Assembly: GCA_903897145.1 (NCBI GenBank) | Contig: CAIUAN010000018.1 | Location: 50,889 to 114,888, forward strand | DNA from: an uncultured Bacteroidia bacterium | GTDB taxonomy: Bacteria; Bacteroidota; Bacteroidia; Bacteroidales; Prolixibacteraceae | Direction of reading: 5' to 3' | Length of the DNA: 64,000 nt | Shown here: piece by piece, positions 43,297 through 52,231 of the stretch | Layout of the letters: the number at the start of each line of letters is the position of its first letter | Numbering within the stretch: position 1 is the first letter of the stretch | Position numbers and translations under genes: made by a program | The notes under the pieces: generated by a model | Told to the model about the DNA's origin: nothing | Database searches by the model: none | Seen by the model: the letters and a program-made list of their open reading frames with translations, nothing else

Positions 43297-43728
43297 TTAA
43301 TTTTCAGCCGCTTTTACTAAGGTTTCAATATCAAACTTAGTCATCTGCATAAAGGCATACATGACCTTAGGAGCTTTCTCTTGGTCGTTCATGAGTGCTC
43401 CTAAAATAGATGGAACAATTTGCCACGTCACTCCAAACTTATCGTCGAGCCATCCGCATCTGTTATATTTTCCGCCTTCTCCCAGTTTATCCCAATAATG
43501 GTCGATTTCAGCTTGCGTTTCGCACGATATAACGTATGAATTTGCTGGCGAGAATTGGTAGTTAGGCCCGCCATTTAAAGACATAAATTTGGTGCTGTTA
43601 AGTTCAAAGACCACGGCCATCGGATTCGCTGAAAGTATTTTTGAATTTGGGAAGATAGAACAATAATATTCGGCTGCTTCTTTAGCTTGGTCAGTAAACC
43701 ATAAACAGGGGAAAATCTTTGATGTCAT
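43297..43728 (-). CDS. VOC-family protein (PhnB / 3-demethylubiquinone-9 3-methyltransferase-like domain)
   Basis: The start, KIFPCLWFTDQAKEAAEYYCSIFPNSKI, is typical of this family. Confidence 0.7.
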   Translation of the reverse strand: MTSKIFPCLWFTDQAKEAAEYYCSIFPNSKILSANPMAVVFELNSTKFMSLNGGPNYQFSPANSYVISCETQAEIDHYWDKLGEGGKYNRCGWLDDKFGVTWQIVPSILGALMNDQEKAPKVMYAFMQMTKFDIETLVKAAEN

Positions 43729-43780
43729 AGTTTATAAATCTCGTTACTGGTTAATTGAATTTCTAGATATCGCTTGATAA

Positions 43781-44344
43781 TTATACCCTAAGAACACCCC
43801 TGAATCCTCTGGCCGCATAATAAGACTCTGCCCCATTGTGATAGGTAAAGACCGTGTTATAGCGGCGATCACAAAATAGAGCTCCCCCCAGTTCTCGAAT
43901 CTCTGGAGGGGTGCTGATCCAAGTCGATGTTTTGGTGTCGAACACTCCTAGTTGCTGCAATTCTCGGTATTGGATTTCGCTGAGTAGCTTAATACCCATT
44001 GCTTGGGCCATGTCAATGGCATTATTTACAGGTTTGAATTCTTTTCTTGATTCAAGTGCTGCGCGATCGTAGCAAAGACTTCGTCGTTCTTTTGGACTCT
44101 CTGGTGAGCAATCAATAAAAATATATTCTCCGCTAATCTGATCCAATCCAATTACATCTGGTTCTCCGCCTGTTCTTTCCATTTCGTAAAGCGACCACAA
44201 TTTTGATTTATTGGCCTCGATCTTAACCCTAAGTTTCTCCCATTGCAAGTTTTCATGACGGGATATGTATCGGTGAAAACGGCCTTCTAAAACTGTGATA
44301 AGCTTAGTTGCCTGATCTGTTGTTAGTTCTTTAGGGTATTCCAT
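43781..44344 (-). CDS. DUF4256-like protein
   Basis: Recognition of the LWSLYEMERTGGEPDVIG segment; unverified. Confidence 0.5.
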   Translation of the reverse strand: MEYPKELTTDQATKLITVLEGRFHRYISRHENLQWEKLRVKIEANKSKLWSLYEMERTGGEPDVIGLDQISGEYIFIDCSPESPKERRSLCYDRAALESRKEFKPVNNAIDMAQAMGIKLLSEIQYRELQQLGVFDTKTSTWISTPPEIRELGGALFCDRRYNTVFTYHNGAESYYAARGFRGVLRV

Positions 44345-44351
44345 GGGTTTG

Positions 44352-44726
44352 TTATTTCGCGGTAGTGTTATTTAGGGCTACTTTAAACCGGATGATCTCA
44401 GCAATTAACTCGATAGGCAGCGGTTGGTTAAGGGGAAACTGAACAGATCCTTTTCCGTGTTTGTAATTTGAAAGTTTATTCTTGAATTTCTCGTGGCTTG
44501 TCGGCATGGCATAAAATCCGATGTGTTTTGCATAACCTCCAAAGTAGACTAATTGTTTTTTATCCGTTTTATACGCTGGCATTCCGTACGATATCGTTTC
44601 AACTGCTTCAGGCGCATTATCTTTAATTATCTGACGCATTAATTGAAGCTTTGATTGGGTGTCCAATGGAAAAGTTGAAATATATTCGTCAACGGTATTT
44701 ATAGCTTTGATCATGTTAATTGCCAT
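44352..44726 (-). CDS. DUF1801 (YdhG-like) domain protein
   Basis: ISYGMPAYK and VQFPLNQPLP segments typical of DUF1801. Confidence 0.65.
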   Translation of the reverse strand: MAINMIKAINTVDEYISTFPLDTQSKLQLMRQIIKDNAPEAVETISYGMPAYKTDKKQLVYFGGYAKHIGFYAMPTSHEKFKNKLSNYKHGKGSVQFPLNQPLPIELIAEIIRFKVALNNTTAK

Positions 44727-44764
44727 TTTCCCAATCAGTTGCTAGCTGTTCTAGTTAGTGCCTT

Positions 44765-45466
44765 TTACTTTGTTTTAGTGATTTTTTTGATTGGAGTTAA
44801 CTCCAGTTTTCTAAATTCTACTTCTGAACCTTCGGCTTGCACCGCAATCTGACCATGGTTGGCGGTGCAATTTGTTCCATAATTTACGAGGACATCGTTT
44901 ACCCATACTTTAACGACATTTCCTAAACATTCAACAACCATGCGGTTCCATTCACCAAGGGGTTTTTCAGTGCCATCGGTAAGGTTTGGGATCCGGCGTA
45001 ATTTGCCTTCAGTAATTCCCCAATTCTCTTTTTTACCCCGTCGGGCTTCCATATCTGGGACAACGATATCTTCAACGATACACCAGAAATCGCCTGCATT
45101 TTGGTGCTCCATTTGTACTTCAAGAGACTTTGGAAACATTCCGTATAATGCTCGAGGTTTAGAAGCATGAACGAGCAGTCCGCAGTTGCCTGGAGTTCCG
45201 GCAAAACGGTATTCAGCAACAATGCGGAAATTTTCGTAGACCGCGTCGGTAATCAGATGGCCTCCGGGACTGCCCAGACTCACCAGCAAAGAATTGCGGA
45301 CAATGAATGGGTTGATGGCTTTTGGATTCTTGTCCATCGCTGGAACATCGACATGCCAACCGGTTAAATCGACTCCGTTAAATAATGAACGTGTTTTTGA
45401 TTTTTTTGCGGATGCAAGAGAACAAGTGATTGCCACTAATAGGATTGCTAAGGTTAGGTTTTTCAT
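44765..45466 (-). CDS. DUF1080 (3-keto-disaccharide hydrolase-like) domain protein, secreted
   Basis: Signal peptide, LFNGVDLTGWH start and a C-terminal IAVQAEGSEVEFRKLEL. Confidence 0.8.
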   Translation of the reverse strand: MKNLTLAILLVAITCSLASAKKSKTRSLFNGVDLTGWHVDVPAMDKNPKAINPFIVRNSLLVSLGSPGGHLITDAVYENFRIVAEYRFAGTPGNCGLLVHASKPRALYGMFPKSLEVQMEHQNAGDFWCIVEDIVVPDMEARRGKKENWGITEGKLRRIPNLTDGTEKPLGEWNRMVVECLGNVVKVWVNDVLVNYGTNCTANHGQIAVQAEGSEVEFRKLELTPIKKITKTK

Positions 45467-45590
45467 GATTTGTAGGTTAAAGATCTGCTCATTGCAACAG
45501 ATTCTAAATTGATAATTGGGGTATTTCTGTGGGCACGAAAATACTAAAAGTTACTATTGAGGGTGTTTTTATTAGGCCTTAAATTTTATT

Positions 45591-46370
45591 TTAGGCTTTA
45601 CTGAGCATAATACGTGAAATCTTTAAAGTCAAAGCCCGAGGTGCAAACCGAACTGAATTGGCCATCACGCTATTGAGTAAGCCGTGAATGGCAACTATTC
45701 TCCCTTTTAGCATCGAACTATATCCATATTGGGCAACCTCTTTAGCGGAGGGTAATTTCTTCCCTTTAAAGATTTTGCTTTCGTCCATGCCTGCTGCCGC
45801 TTTGAATCCCGTTTCAGTGGCACCAGGGCAGAGAGCAGTTACGGTTATCCCTTGGTCCCCCACTTCATTGCTAATAGCTTCCGTGAAGCTTAAGACATAC
45901 GCTTTTGTTGCACAATATACGGCAAGTGTGGGTCCAGGTTGGAATGCCGCTGTAGAGGCAACGTTCATAATCTTACCACTCCTTCGTTTAATCATATCTT
46001 TAAGATATAACTTTGTAAATAGGGTCAAGGTTGTGATGTTTAAATTGATCATTTGTAACTCTTTATCCCAACTTGTTTCTGCAAACATTCCAAAATCACC
46101 AAAGCCTGCATTGTTAATTAGAACATCGATTTGAATATTTTGTTTGTTTGTTTCGTCGTAAATTTCTTGCGCTGAGTTCGTTGCAGATAGATCTTTGGAG
46201 ATATTATAAACAGTGACATTAAATTGTTTCTCTAGCTCTATTTTTAGTTCATCTAATTTAGATTTATTTCTGGCCACTAAGACTAAATCACCACCTTTTG
46301 AAGCGTGAATTTTTGCTAACTCCCATCCTATGCCATTAGAGGCGCCTGTTATTAATGCAGTATTTTTCAT
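45591..46370 (-). CDS. SDR family oxidoreductase
   Basis: TGASNGIG, NNAG and YCATK motifs. Confidence 0.85.
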   Translation of the reverse strand: MKNTALITGASNGIGWELAKIHASKGGDLVLVARNKSKLDELKIELEKQFNVTVYNISKDLSATNSAQEIYDETNKQNIQIDVLINNAGFGDFGMFAETSWDKELQMINLNITTLTLFTKLYLKDMIKRRSGKIMNVASTAAFQPGPTLAVYCATKAYVLSFTEAISNEVGDQGITVTALCPGATETGFKAAAGMDESKIFKGKKLPSAKEVAQYGYSSMLKGRIVAIHGLLNSVMANSVRFAPRALTLKISRIMLSKA

Positions 46371-46523
46371 GTGTATTGAATTTCTTTTTTTGAAAATATC
46401 AGATCTTCCTTTTCCATTTTATGTTTCATAAAGGTTATTTCGGTAATATGGAAATCAACCCTTAAATCATTTGCCATCATAACGTACCCAAAAAACCACA
46501 ATCAAGACAGTGCCCCTTAAAGC

Positions 46524-46601
46524 CTAACCTTGTTTTAGTAATTCAACAGCATAGTGCTGACCAATAAAGCCTGAAATACCTGTAAGTAATACCTTTTTCA
46601 T
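46524..46601 (-). pseudogene. Remnant of an NAD-dependent epimerase/dehydratase-type gene (N-terminal 25 codons only)
   Basis: The minus strand reads MKKVLLTGISGFIGQHYAVELLKQG followed by a stop. This is a Rossmann GxxGxxG start. The remaining ~150 nt down to the next gene has no long open frame. Confidence 0.35.
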
Positions 46602-46635
46602 GATTGTATTTTAAGTCAAAAATACTTGTTGTGGA

Positions 46636-47103
46636 TTAGATGAATTTACCAAATTTTTTCTCTAAGGCAACGGTCCGAAAGTCAAATATTTGTTTAAGTT
46701 GATTTTTTATTAGTAGTGAATTGGCAATGGCCCCAAGTGGTCCCATTGGCGGTTCATACGTTACAATGTCTGTCATTAAAACACCACCGTCAATAGGCTC
46801 AATTTTATGCTGATGGTGCCACAAGGAGTATGGCCCAATGCGCTGTTCGTCAACAAAATATTCACCTTCTTTAACGTGAGTGATTTCTGTCATCCAATTT
46901 AACTTAATGCCCAATAGTGGACTAACCTTATAGGTAATAATCATTCCAGGGTACATTTTTTCTGTCCCCGTATTGCTGGTTACAATAAAGCCCATATGAG
47001 GCGGCGTAATCTCCTTTAGGTTCGCTGGGGCTGAGATGAAGTCCCATATTTCATGGATCGAGACAGGTAGTTTTTGCGTCTTTGTTAATTGATAAAATGC
47101 CAT
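46636..47103 (-). CDS. SRPBCC (START/polyketide-cyclase-like) ligand-binding protein
   Basis: 155 aa, COG4276-like sequence character. This family is often found beside or fused to epimerase-like genes. Confidence 0.6.
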   Translation of the reverse strand: MAFYQLTKTQKLPVSIHEIWDFISAPANLKEITPPHMGFIVTSNTGTEKMYPGMIITYKVSPLLGIKLNWMTEITHVKEGEYFVDEQRIGPYSLWHHQHKIEPIDGGVLMTDIVTYEPPMGPLGAIANSLLIKNQLKQIFDFRTVALEKKFGKFI

Positions 47104-47108
47104 TGTAT

Positions 47109-47807
47109 TTATGTTTTTAAATTAGAAAATCCCCCGTCTACATGCATAATCTGCCCTGTTATCCAACTTGATTTATCGGAGAGCAAAAATTCAGCCATAT
47201 TGGCGATATCATCCGCAGTGCCAATTCGTTTGAGAGGGTGCCGTAGCGCATTGGCTTCTTTCTTCTGATCATTATTTAGCAGAGGTGCTGCTAAGGGTGT
47301 GTCGGTTAAGGATGGCGCAATGCAGTTAACTCTTATTTTCGGCGAAAACTCTGCCGCCAAAGCTCTAGTTAATCCTTCAAGAGCCCCTTTAGATGCTGAT
47401 ACCTGTGTATGAAAAGGTAGGCCTGTTTGCACTGCAACCGTTGAAAATAAAATGATTGACGCCTGATCAGATCTCTTTAATCTGGGCATTATAAATTGAA
47501 GCAGCTTGATGGCTCCAACTACTTGCATCTTGTAATCGGACTCAAAATCCTCAGGTTTAATTCGTTCAAAAGGCCTGAGATTTATACTGCCAGGACAGTA
47601 AGCAAATCCGTCTAATACTTCAGGTAGAAATTCAAAATCCGTAAGCTCTTCCAAAACATTCAACTGATGAAACAGGATGTTAGGATGCTCAATTGTTGGC
47701 TTGGTTGAATGATAGGTTCCAATTACTTGGTTGCCAGATTCAGCTAGCTTTAAGGCCAAATTTTTTCCTATTCCGCTTGAGGCCCCGATGATTAAATAAT
47801 GTTTCAT
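47109..47807 (-). CDS. SDR family oxidoreductase
   Basis: IIGASSGIG Rossmann motif, SASKGAL catalytic region and a C-terminal GQIMHVDGG. Confidence 0.85.
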   Translation of the reverse strand: MKHYLIIGASSGIGKNLALKLAESGNQVIGTYHSTKPTIEHPNILFHQLNVLEELTDFEFLPEVLDGFAYCPGSINLRPFERIKPEDFESDYKMQVVGAIKLLQFIMPRLKRSDQASIILFSTVAVQTGLPFHTQVSASKGALEGLTRALAAEFSPKIRVNCIAPSLTDTPLAAPLLNNDQKKEANALRHPLKRIGTADDIANMAEFLLSDKSSWITGQIMHVDGGFSNLKT

Positions 47808-47907
47808 AGTTGTTTCAAGGTTTTTAAATAAAAAACAATTGAAAAAGTATTTAGTTTAAGTCGTAATTTGATTTTTTCACTCCTTGTAACCTTTTGATCA
47901 GCGTTGA

Positions 47908-48249
47908 TTAGTTGAGCAGTGACATGAAAAATATAGTTCCGTTTAAAGCCATAAAAATAAATGCAGGCAAGGATACCCAGATACTATCCTTTAATTTTAT
48001 TCTTACGACAACTCCTAGAAGCATCAAAATTGAAAGACCACCAGCAGAAAGCATTAAAATAGGATTGTACTTTATCCCAACTAACAGCCCCGCACCTCCA
48101 AGTACCTCTAGAATTGCGGTAAGAGCTCCAAACTTCTCAAGTCCAAAGCGTTTAAACTCAAGTTTCATGTCTGTTGAACTAAAATAGGAAATCCCATATC
48201 CTAGGAAAGAGAGGCTTGAGACAAGAATCAAGAAATGAAGTAAGCTCAT
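47908..48249 (-). CDS. DoxX-family membrane protein
   Basis: Four hydrophobic helices. The start is re-assigned to the ATG at 48249, which overlaps the upstream stop as TAATG. Confidence 0.6.
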   Translation of the reverse strand: MSLLHFLILVSSLSFLGYGISYFSSTDMKLEFKRFGLEKFGALTAILEVLGGAGLLVGIKYNPILMLSAGGLSILMLLGVVVRIKLKDSIWVSLPAFIFMALNGTIFFMSLLN

Positions 48250-48632
48250 TAACCAATGCATTTTAAAGACTCTGCCGCAATAAATAGACAAGCAAGTAGC
48301 AGAAGGAAAGAGGGGATATGCTTTGCCCACGGATTACCTACTTTAAAATGAAAATATTGAGCAGCTACCATAAGAAAAGCTAATAGTAGTGATGGGACTA
48401 GTCTTAATTCCGGATACCAAATACCCGCTACCAGCAAAGTTGATAATGCTATTTTAGCCGCCCCAACAAGGCTTCTGGTTAATTCATTTAAGCCATACTG
48501 CTGAAATTCCTTCACAATATTGCCAAATCGAAAAATCCAAACGTATGCGATAGAACCTGCAACTAGAAGTTGCGCAGCAATTGTAAACTCATTCATTTGT
48601 ATCGTTTTAAATTGTTTATAAAAATTAAACAA
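48249..48632 (-). CDS. DoxX-like membrane protein
   Basis: 127 aa with four helices, in tandem with the preceding DoxX paralogue. Confidence 0.6.
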   Translation of the reverse strand: MFNFYKQFKTIQMNEFTIAAQLLVAGSIAYVWIFRFGNIVKEFQQYGLNELTRSLVGAAKIALSTLLVAGIWYPELRLVPSLLLAFLMVAAQYFHFKVGNPWAKHIPSFLLLLACLFIAAESLKCIG

Positions 48633-48799
48633 TCTGCGTGCGCAATTAGTTGTGGCTAATTTGATTTTGTTTTATTTTTTGTTGATACAAGTTATGGGAA
48701 TACTCGCTGTTTCTGATTCGTAATTGGCGGTTAAAGAGGTTTGTTTTCTCGTCGAAGTGATTAAATTATTTCGACAAATGAATGGGATTTCTTGAATTC

Positions 48800-49978
48800 T
48801 TAGAAGGTCATCGCTTCAAAGGCTTGAGCATACAACCAATGTCCAAAATCGTTCGGATGATTGATATTGTTTCCAAGCAACGACGATTGATCTTTTCGCT
48901 GAAGGACTTTCATCCACGTTGAATAGACGTCAACATAGGCGCATTTCGCTTCTAGGGCTGCCTGCTTAGTTGCTTCGGCATAAAGCTCCATAGAATGACT
49001 GCTATAATGCCAATCATTATTGGGAGGGAAAGAGGAGTAGAGAACCACTTCGGCATTTTTCCTCTTTTTTATCATCCCAACAAGTTTGATCAGGTTTTTC
49101 TTAAACTGTTCAGGTTTATTTCCACCTATGTTATGATCGTTCATGCCCCATCCTACGAGGACAAGATCGGGTGACGTTTTCCCGATATAGGTATCCCACC
49201 ATTCGATCCCTTGCTTGGACGAATACCCAGGTATTGAAACATCTTCAATTTTAAAGTTAGCATTGGGGAAGATGCTTTTCAAATAATTGCCGTAAAGGGA
49301 CTGAAATCTAAATTCTTTAGCAGAAGCCTCGCCACCTGCCGTGATGCTGTTTCCATAGGATACAATTGATAATGGCTCACCACTCTCTAGTTTTTTTCGA
49401 AATTTAACTAAGTATTTTCGTTGGTCATTTAGCTCAGCTAGACGTTGGCCATTTTTTGTCATGTAGTCTACCCAAACAAAATAGGGGTGGTTCGAGAAGT
49501 CGGTGAATTTTGAATGATTAAAATCTTTCTTGCCATAAAGAACATTCTTCGAATAATCGGGAATGGTTGAGTTTACTGTCCTTTGTATCTCTCCTTTTGC
49601 ATAATCAATTGTGTAGTCAACACCTTCGACATAAATCTTACAAGCCGAATTAGACCGTTGATAGGTGCTCCGAACAATGACACTTCTGCTAACCAATGAG
49701 TCGAAGGTTAGTTTTCCTGGATTGGTAGCAGCCAAAACTAGACTCTCCCCTTGGAGTTCCATGGTTATTCCCTTGGTTGAGTGGGGATTTTCGCGATTTG
49801 AACTATATACCGTGCTTACCTTCTGTCCTTTTGGATCTGGCTGGCCAAAAGTATTAGTTGAAATTCCTCCTAGAGTTAAATAACAGATTAATAGCTTAAA
49901 TGTGATGTTCGACAAATGGCAATTAATAAATAGTTTCTTCATCTTATAGTTTAATTTATTAGTTGAATCGTTATTCAA
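48800..49978 (-). CDS. SGNH/GDSL hydrolase family protein, secreted
   Basis: Block I IVSYGNSITAGG, block III GWGMND and block V NHPNDFGH. The likely start is the Met at 49942 (MKKLFIN). Confidence 0.75.
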   Translation of the reverse strand: MNNDSTNKLNYKMKKLFINCHLSNITFKLLICYLTLGGISTNTFGQPDPKGQKVSTVYSSNRENPHSTKGITMELQGESLVLAATNPGKLTFDSLVSRSVIVRSTYQRSNSACKIYVEGVDYTIDYAKGEIQRTVNSTIPDYSKNVLYGKKDFNHSKFTDFSNHPYFVWVDYMTKNGQRLAELNDQRKYLVKFRKKLESGEPLSIVSYGNSITAGGEASAKEFRFQSLYGNYLKSIFPNANFKIEDVSIPGYSSKQGIEWWDTYIGKTSPDLVLVGWGMNDHNIGGNKPEQFKKNLIKLVGMIKKRKNAEVVLYSSFPPNNDWHYSSHSMELYAEATKQAALEAKCAYVDVYSTWMKVLQRKDQSSLLGNNINHPNDFGHWLYAQAFEAMTF

Positions 49979-50112
49979 TATTTGATTTTAGGTCTATCCC
50001 ATTTTGCAAAATCTTTTCAAACACTCCCGCTATTGTCGCAATGACCAGAGATCCAAATGTAAATAGAAAACACAGGGCCAGATGCAAAATAAACTAAAGT
50101 TCTCATTATAGT

Positions 50113-50820
50113 TTAAAAATGAGTTGATAAGCTATATCTGTCATGAGGTCTAAAGTCTGTGTTTTTTTCTAAAACTTTAAAAAGAAGTTCATTAACAGCA
50201 ATAATAATATTTGAATAGATATCTAACCTCTTTCTTTGAAATACCTCAGACATTTCAATAGTGTTTTTTGTTCCATGAAAAATATTATTACGCACAATGT
50301 AAATAAATCGGATAATATCGTTTTTTAATTTCCCGATTTTAATTTCATTAGATTTTAATAAGTTTTCAAATTCTTTTTTAAAGTTTTCCCTTTCAGATTC
50401 TGTAATGCGATTGTCTGGTGTTATCTTTGAAATTGTTTCAATAGTCCTTTCAATAGCATCTTTGCCCTTTATTATTTTAATAAACAACTCTTTATCATTA
50501 TTGTCGACCTTTGAAAAGATAAAGTCAATCATTGCTTTGTACTTTTGACCTTCAGATGGCTCAATTTCCTTTCCATCTTCGACTTTTTTATGGAATGCAG
50601 TTAGTTCACTTTTTTTCAAACTTTCTTCCCAATCAAAATTATAGAATGAATTAAAAGCAAAGTAAGCATAAATGAATTTGGAGGGTTCAAATAATTTCCA
50701 CGCTCCTCTTTCGTATTCAACAATATGGTCATATTTATCCGTAATGTAGTGTAACCTATATAGGTCCTCAATTTCTTCAGCGAAATTGTTTCGATTAATT
50801 ATTGTCAATTCTTCTTCCAT
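50113..50820 (-). CDS. HEPN-motif protein (putative RNase toxin/abortive-infection-type effector)
   Basis: The C-terminal helix carries VRNNIFHG, an Rx4H HEPN signature. The sequence is all-alpha, Lys/Glu-rich and 235 aa. There is no attC-like element 3' of it. Confidence 0.45.
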   Translation of the reverse strand: MEEELTIINRNNFAEEIEDLYRLHYITDKYDHIVEYERGAWKLFEPSKFIYAYFAFNSFYNFDWEESLKKSELTAFHKKVEDGKEIEPSEGQKYKAMIDFIFSKVDNNDKELFIKIIKGKDAIERTIETISKITPDNRITESERENFKKEFENLLKSNEIKIGKLKNDIIRFIYIVRNNIFHGTKNTIEMSEVFQRKRLDIYSNIIIAVNELLFKVLEKNTDFRPHDRYSLSTHF

Positions 50821-50837
50821 GTCATTTTTTTAGAGTT

Positions 50838-50919
50838 GCTGCTAACGGTTTGCGTGTAGGCGATGTTACCTTGTGTTGCGCCTGCGGCAAGGTAATATTG
50901 CTTACACGCTGTTACAGGC
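50838..50919 (-). repeat. attC-like site A
   Basis: The left box GCTGCTAAC and right box GTTACAGGC flank a 22-bp stem (GCGTGTAGGCGATGTTACCTTG / CAAGGTAATATTGCTTACACGC) containing three G-T wobbles on the plus strand. The site starts 10 nt after the upstream stop codon and ends 17 nt before the next ATG. Confidence 0.75.
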
Positions 50920-50929
50920 TGGCGTTCTT

Positions 50930-52117
50930 TCAGTTTGCAAGTCGTTTGAGTTCATCACTATATTTTAAAAGCTCCGTTTCTACTTTATTTACTATGTCTG
51001 TAATTGTTGACCATTCAGCGTCAAGGATTTTTTTAACTTCAGCTTCATCAACTTCAGTCATTTCATCGGTTTCAAATTTCCAAGTGTGTTGAAAATGAAC
51101 AAGCCATTTTTTCCCGCTTGGTTTTTTGTGTCCTGGAATGTTTTCAAAAGCTTTGCAAAACAAATTTTGAATTTCACTATCACCTGGAGAAATTACTGTC
51201 TTAAATACTGCTTTCTTTTTAGACCATATAAAGTCAATTTCAAAAAGAAAATTTTCTTTTAAAGGCCAACCTTGTCCTTTTTTGGGGATGATGTCATTCA
51301 GTGTTTTTGTTAAAAACCTTGCATAACCTTTATGCTTAGAACCCATAACCCAATCAGATTGGGTTATTTTATCAACAAAAACTGGATAAAGTTCTAAAGC
51401 AATATCGGACTTGTTTTCAAATACAAAGTCTAAAAGTTCCCTGTGATTTTTGTATATTTTAACTGCAAGTTCATTTAGTTCATCATTTTTCATTAGTTCT
51501 CGTTTTATAGTTGTTAGGTAGTCAGAGATATACTGGTGAACTCCGACATTTAAAGATTTACCGTGAATTTGAAGAACTCTGTCGGCTTGTTCAATAATTT
51601 CTTCATATGAATATGGTGCGTAAAATTCCCTTTCTTTTGGTGCTAATGGTGTCTCGCCAGTAGGCGTTAAGTAAACAAAAACTTTTTTGTGTTTTATAAA
51701 TGTGTCATTTACGATTGTTCTATATTTTGCAAGCTGATTTGAATGATCTTGCGTATCAATTTTATTCTCAATGCAAATTACAATAGTGTCGAATACAATT
51801 AAAAGGTCAATGTTTTTCCATTCTCTACGAAGTTCTACATTATTAAAATTTAGTTCTTCTATTTCGAATTCGTCCAAATCACTTGCAATTTCTGATGTTG
51901 CAATATCACGAAGAAATTTTGTAAGGAAGAGTTTGCCAAGTCCGTGAGTTCCATTCGGATCAAGAAGCCAAGCTAAAAAATTTGAATGTCGAATTTCAGC
52001 CCGTGAAATATTAAGTATTTGAAAAATATTAGGTGTCTTTAACTGCAACTCTATTTTGTCGAAGTCAAGGTCGTTAAGCAAGTGTCGATATTTTTCTCTA
52101 ATTTCTTGTTCTGTCAT
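50930..52117 (-). CDS. PD-(D/E)XK nuclease family protein (PDDEXK_4-like)
   Basis: N-terminal NIFQIL..EIRHSNFLAWLLDPNGTHGLG segment and the core IDLLIVFDTIVICIENK (D...ExK). Confidence 0.6.
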   Translation of the reverse strand: MTEQEIREKYRHLLNDLDFDKIELQLKTPNIFQILNISRAEIRHSNFLAWLLDPNGTHGLGKLFLTKFLRDIATSEIASDLDEFEIEELNFNNVELRREWKNIDLLIVFDTIVICIENKIDTQDHSNQLAKYRTIVNDTFIKHKKVFVYLTPTGETPLAPKEREFYAPYSYEEIIEQADRVLQIHGKSLNVGVHQYISDYLTTIKRELMKNDELNELAVKIYKNHRELLDFVFENKSDIALELYPVFVDKITQSDWVMGSKHKGYARFLTKTLNDIIPKKGQGWPLKENFLFEIDFIWSKKKAVFKTVISPGDSEIQNLFCKAFENIPGHKKPSGKKWLVHFQHTWKFETDEMTEVDEAEVKKILDAEWSTITDIVNKVETELLKYSDELKRLAN

Positions 52118-52143
52118 AATTTCTTAGTTGTTTTCTTACGCTT

Positions 52144-52224
52144 GCTTATAACGTTTTGCGTGTAGGCGATTTTGCCTTGTGTTGTGCCTGCGGCAAGGCA
52201 ATATTGCTTAAACGCTGTTATAGC
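52144..52224 (-). repeat. attC-like site B
   Basis: About 85% identical to site A, with a compensatory A-T to G-C change in the stem (TTGCCTTG/CAAGGCAA versus TTACCTTG/CAAGGTAA). Boxes are GCTTATAAC and GTTATAGC. Confidence 0.75.
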
Positions 52225-52231
52225 TAGTTTA

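Noticed and set aside
48751-48778. Hairpin GTCGAA-N13-TTCGAC downstream of the SGNH hydrolase gene as a terminator
   Set aside because: It is a short 6-bp stem with a large loop, and no T-run follows on the relevant strand.
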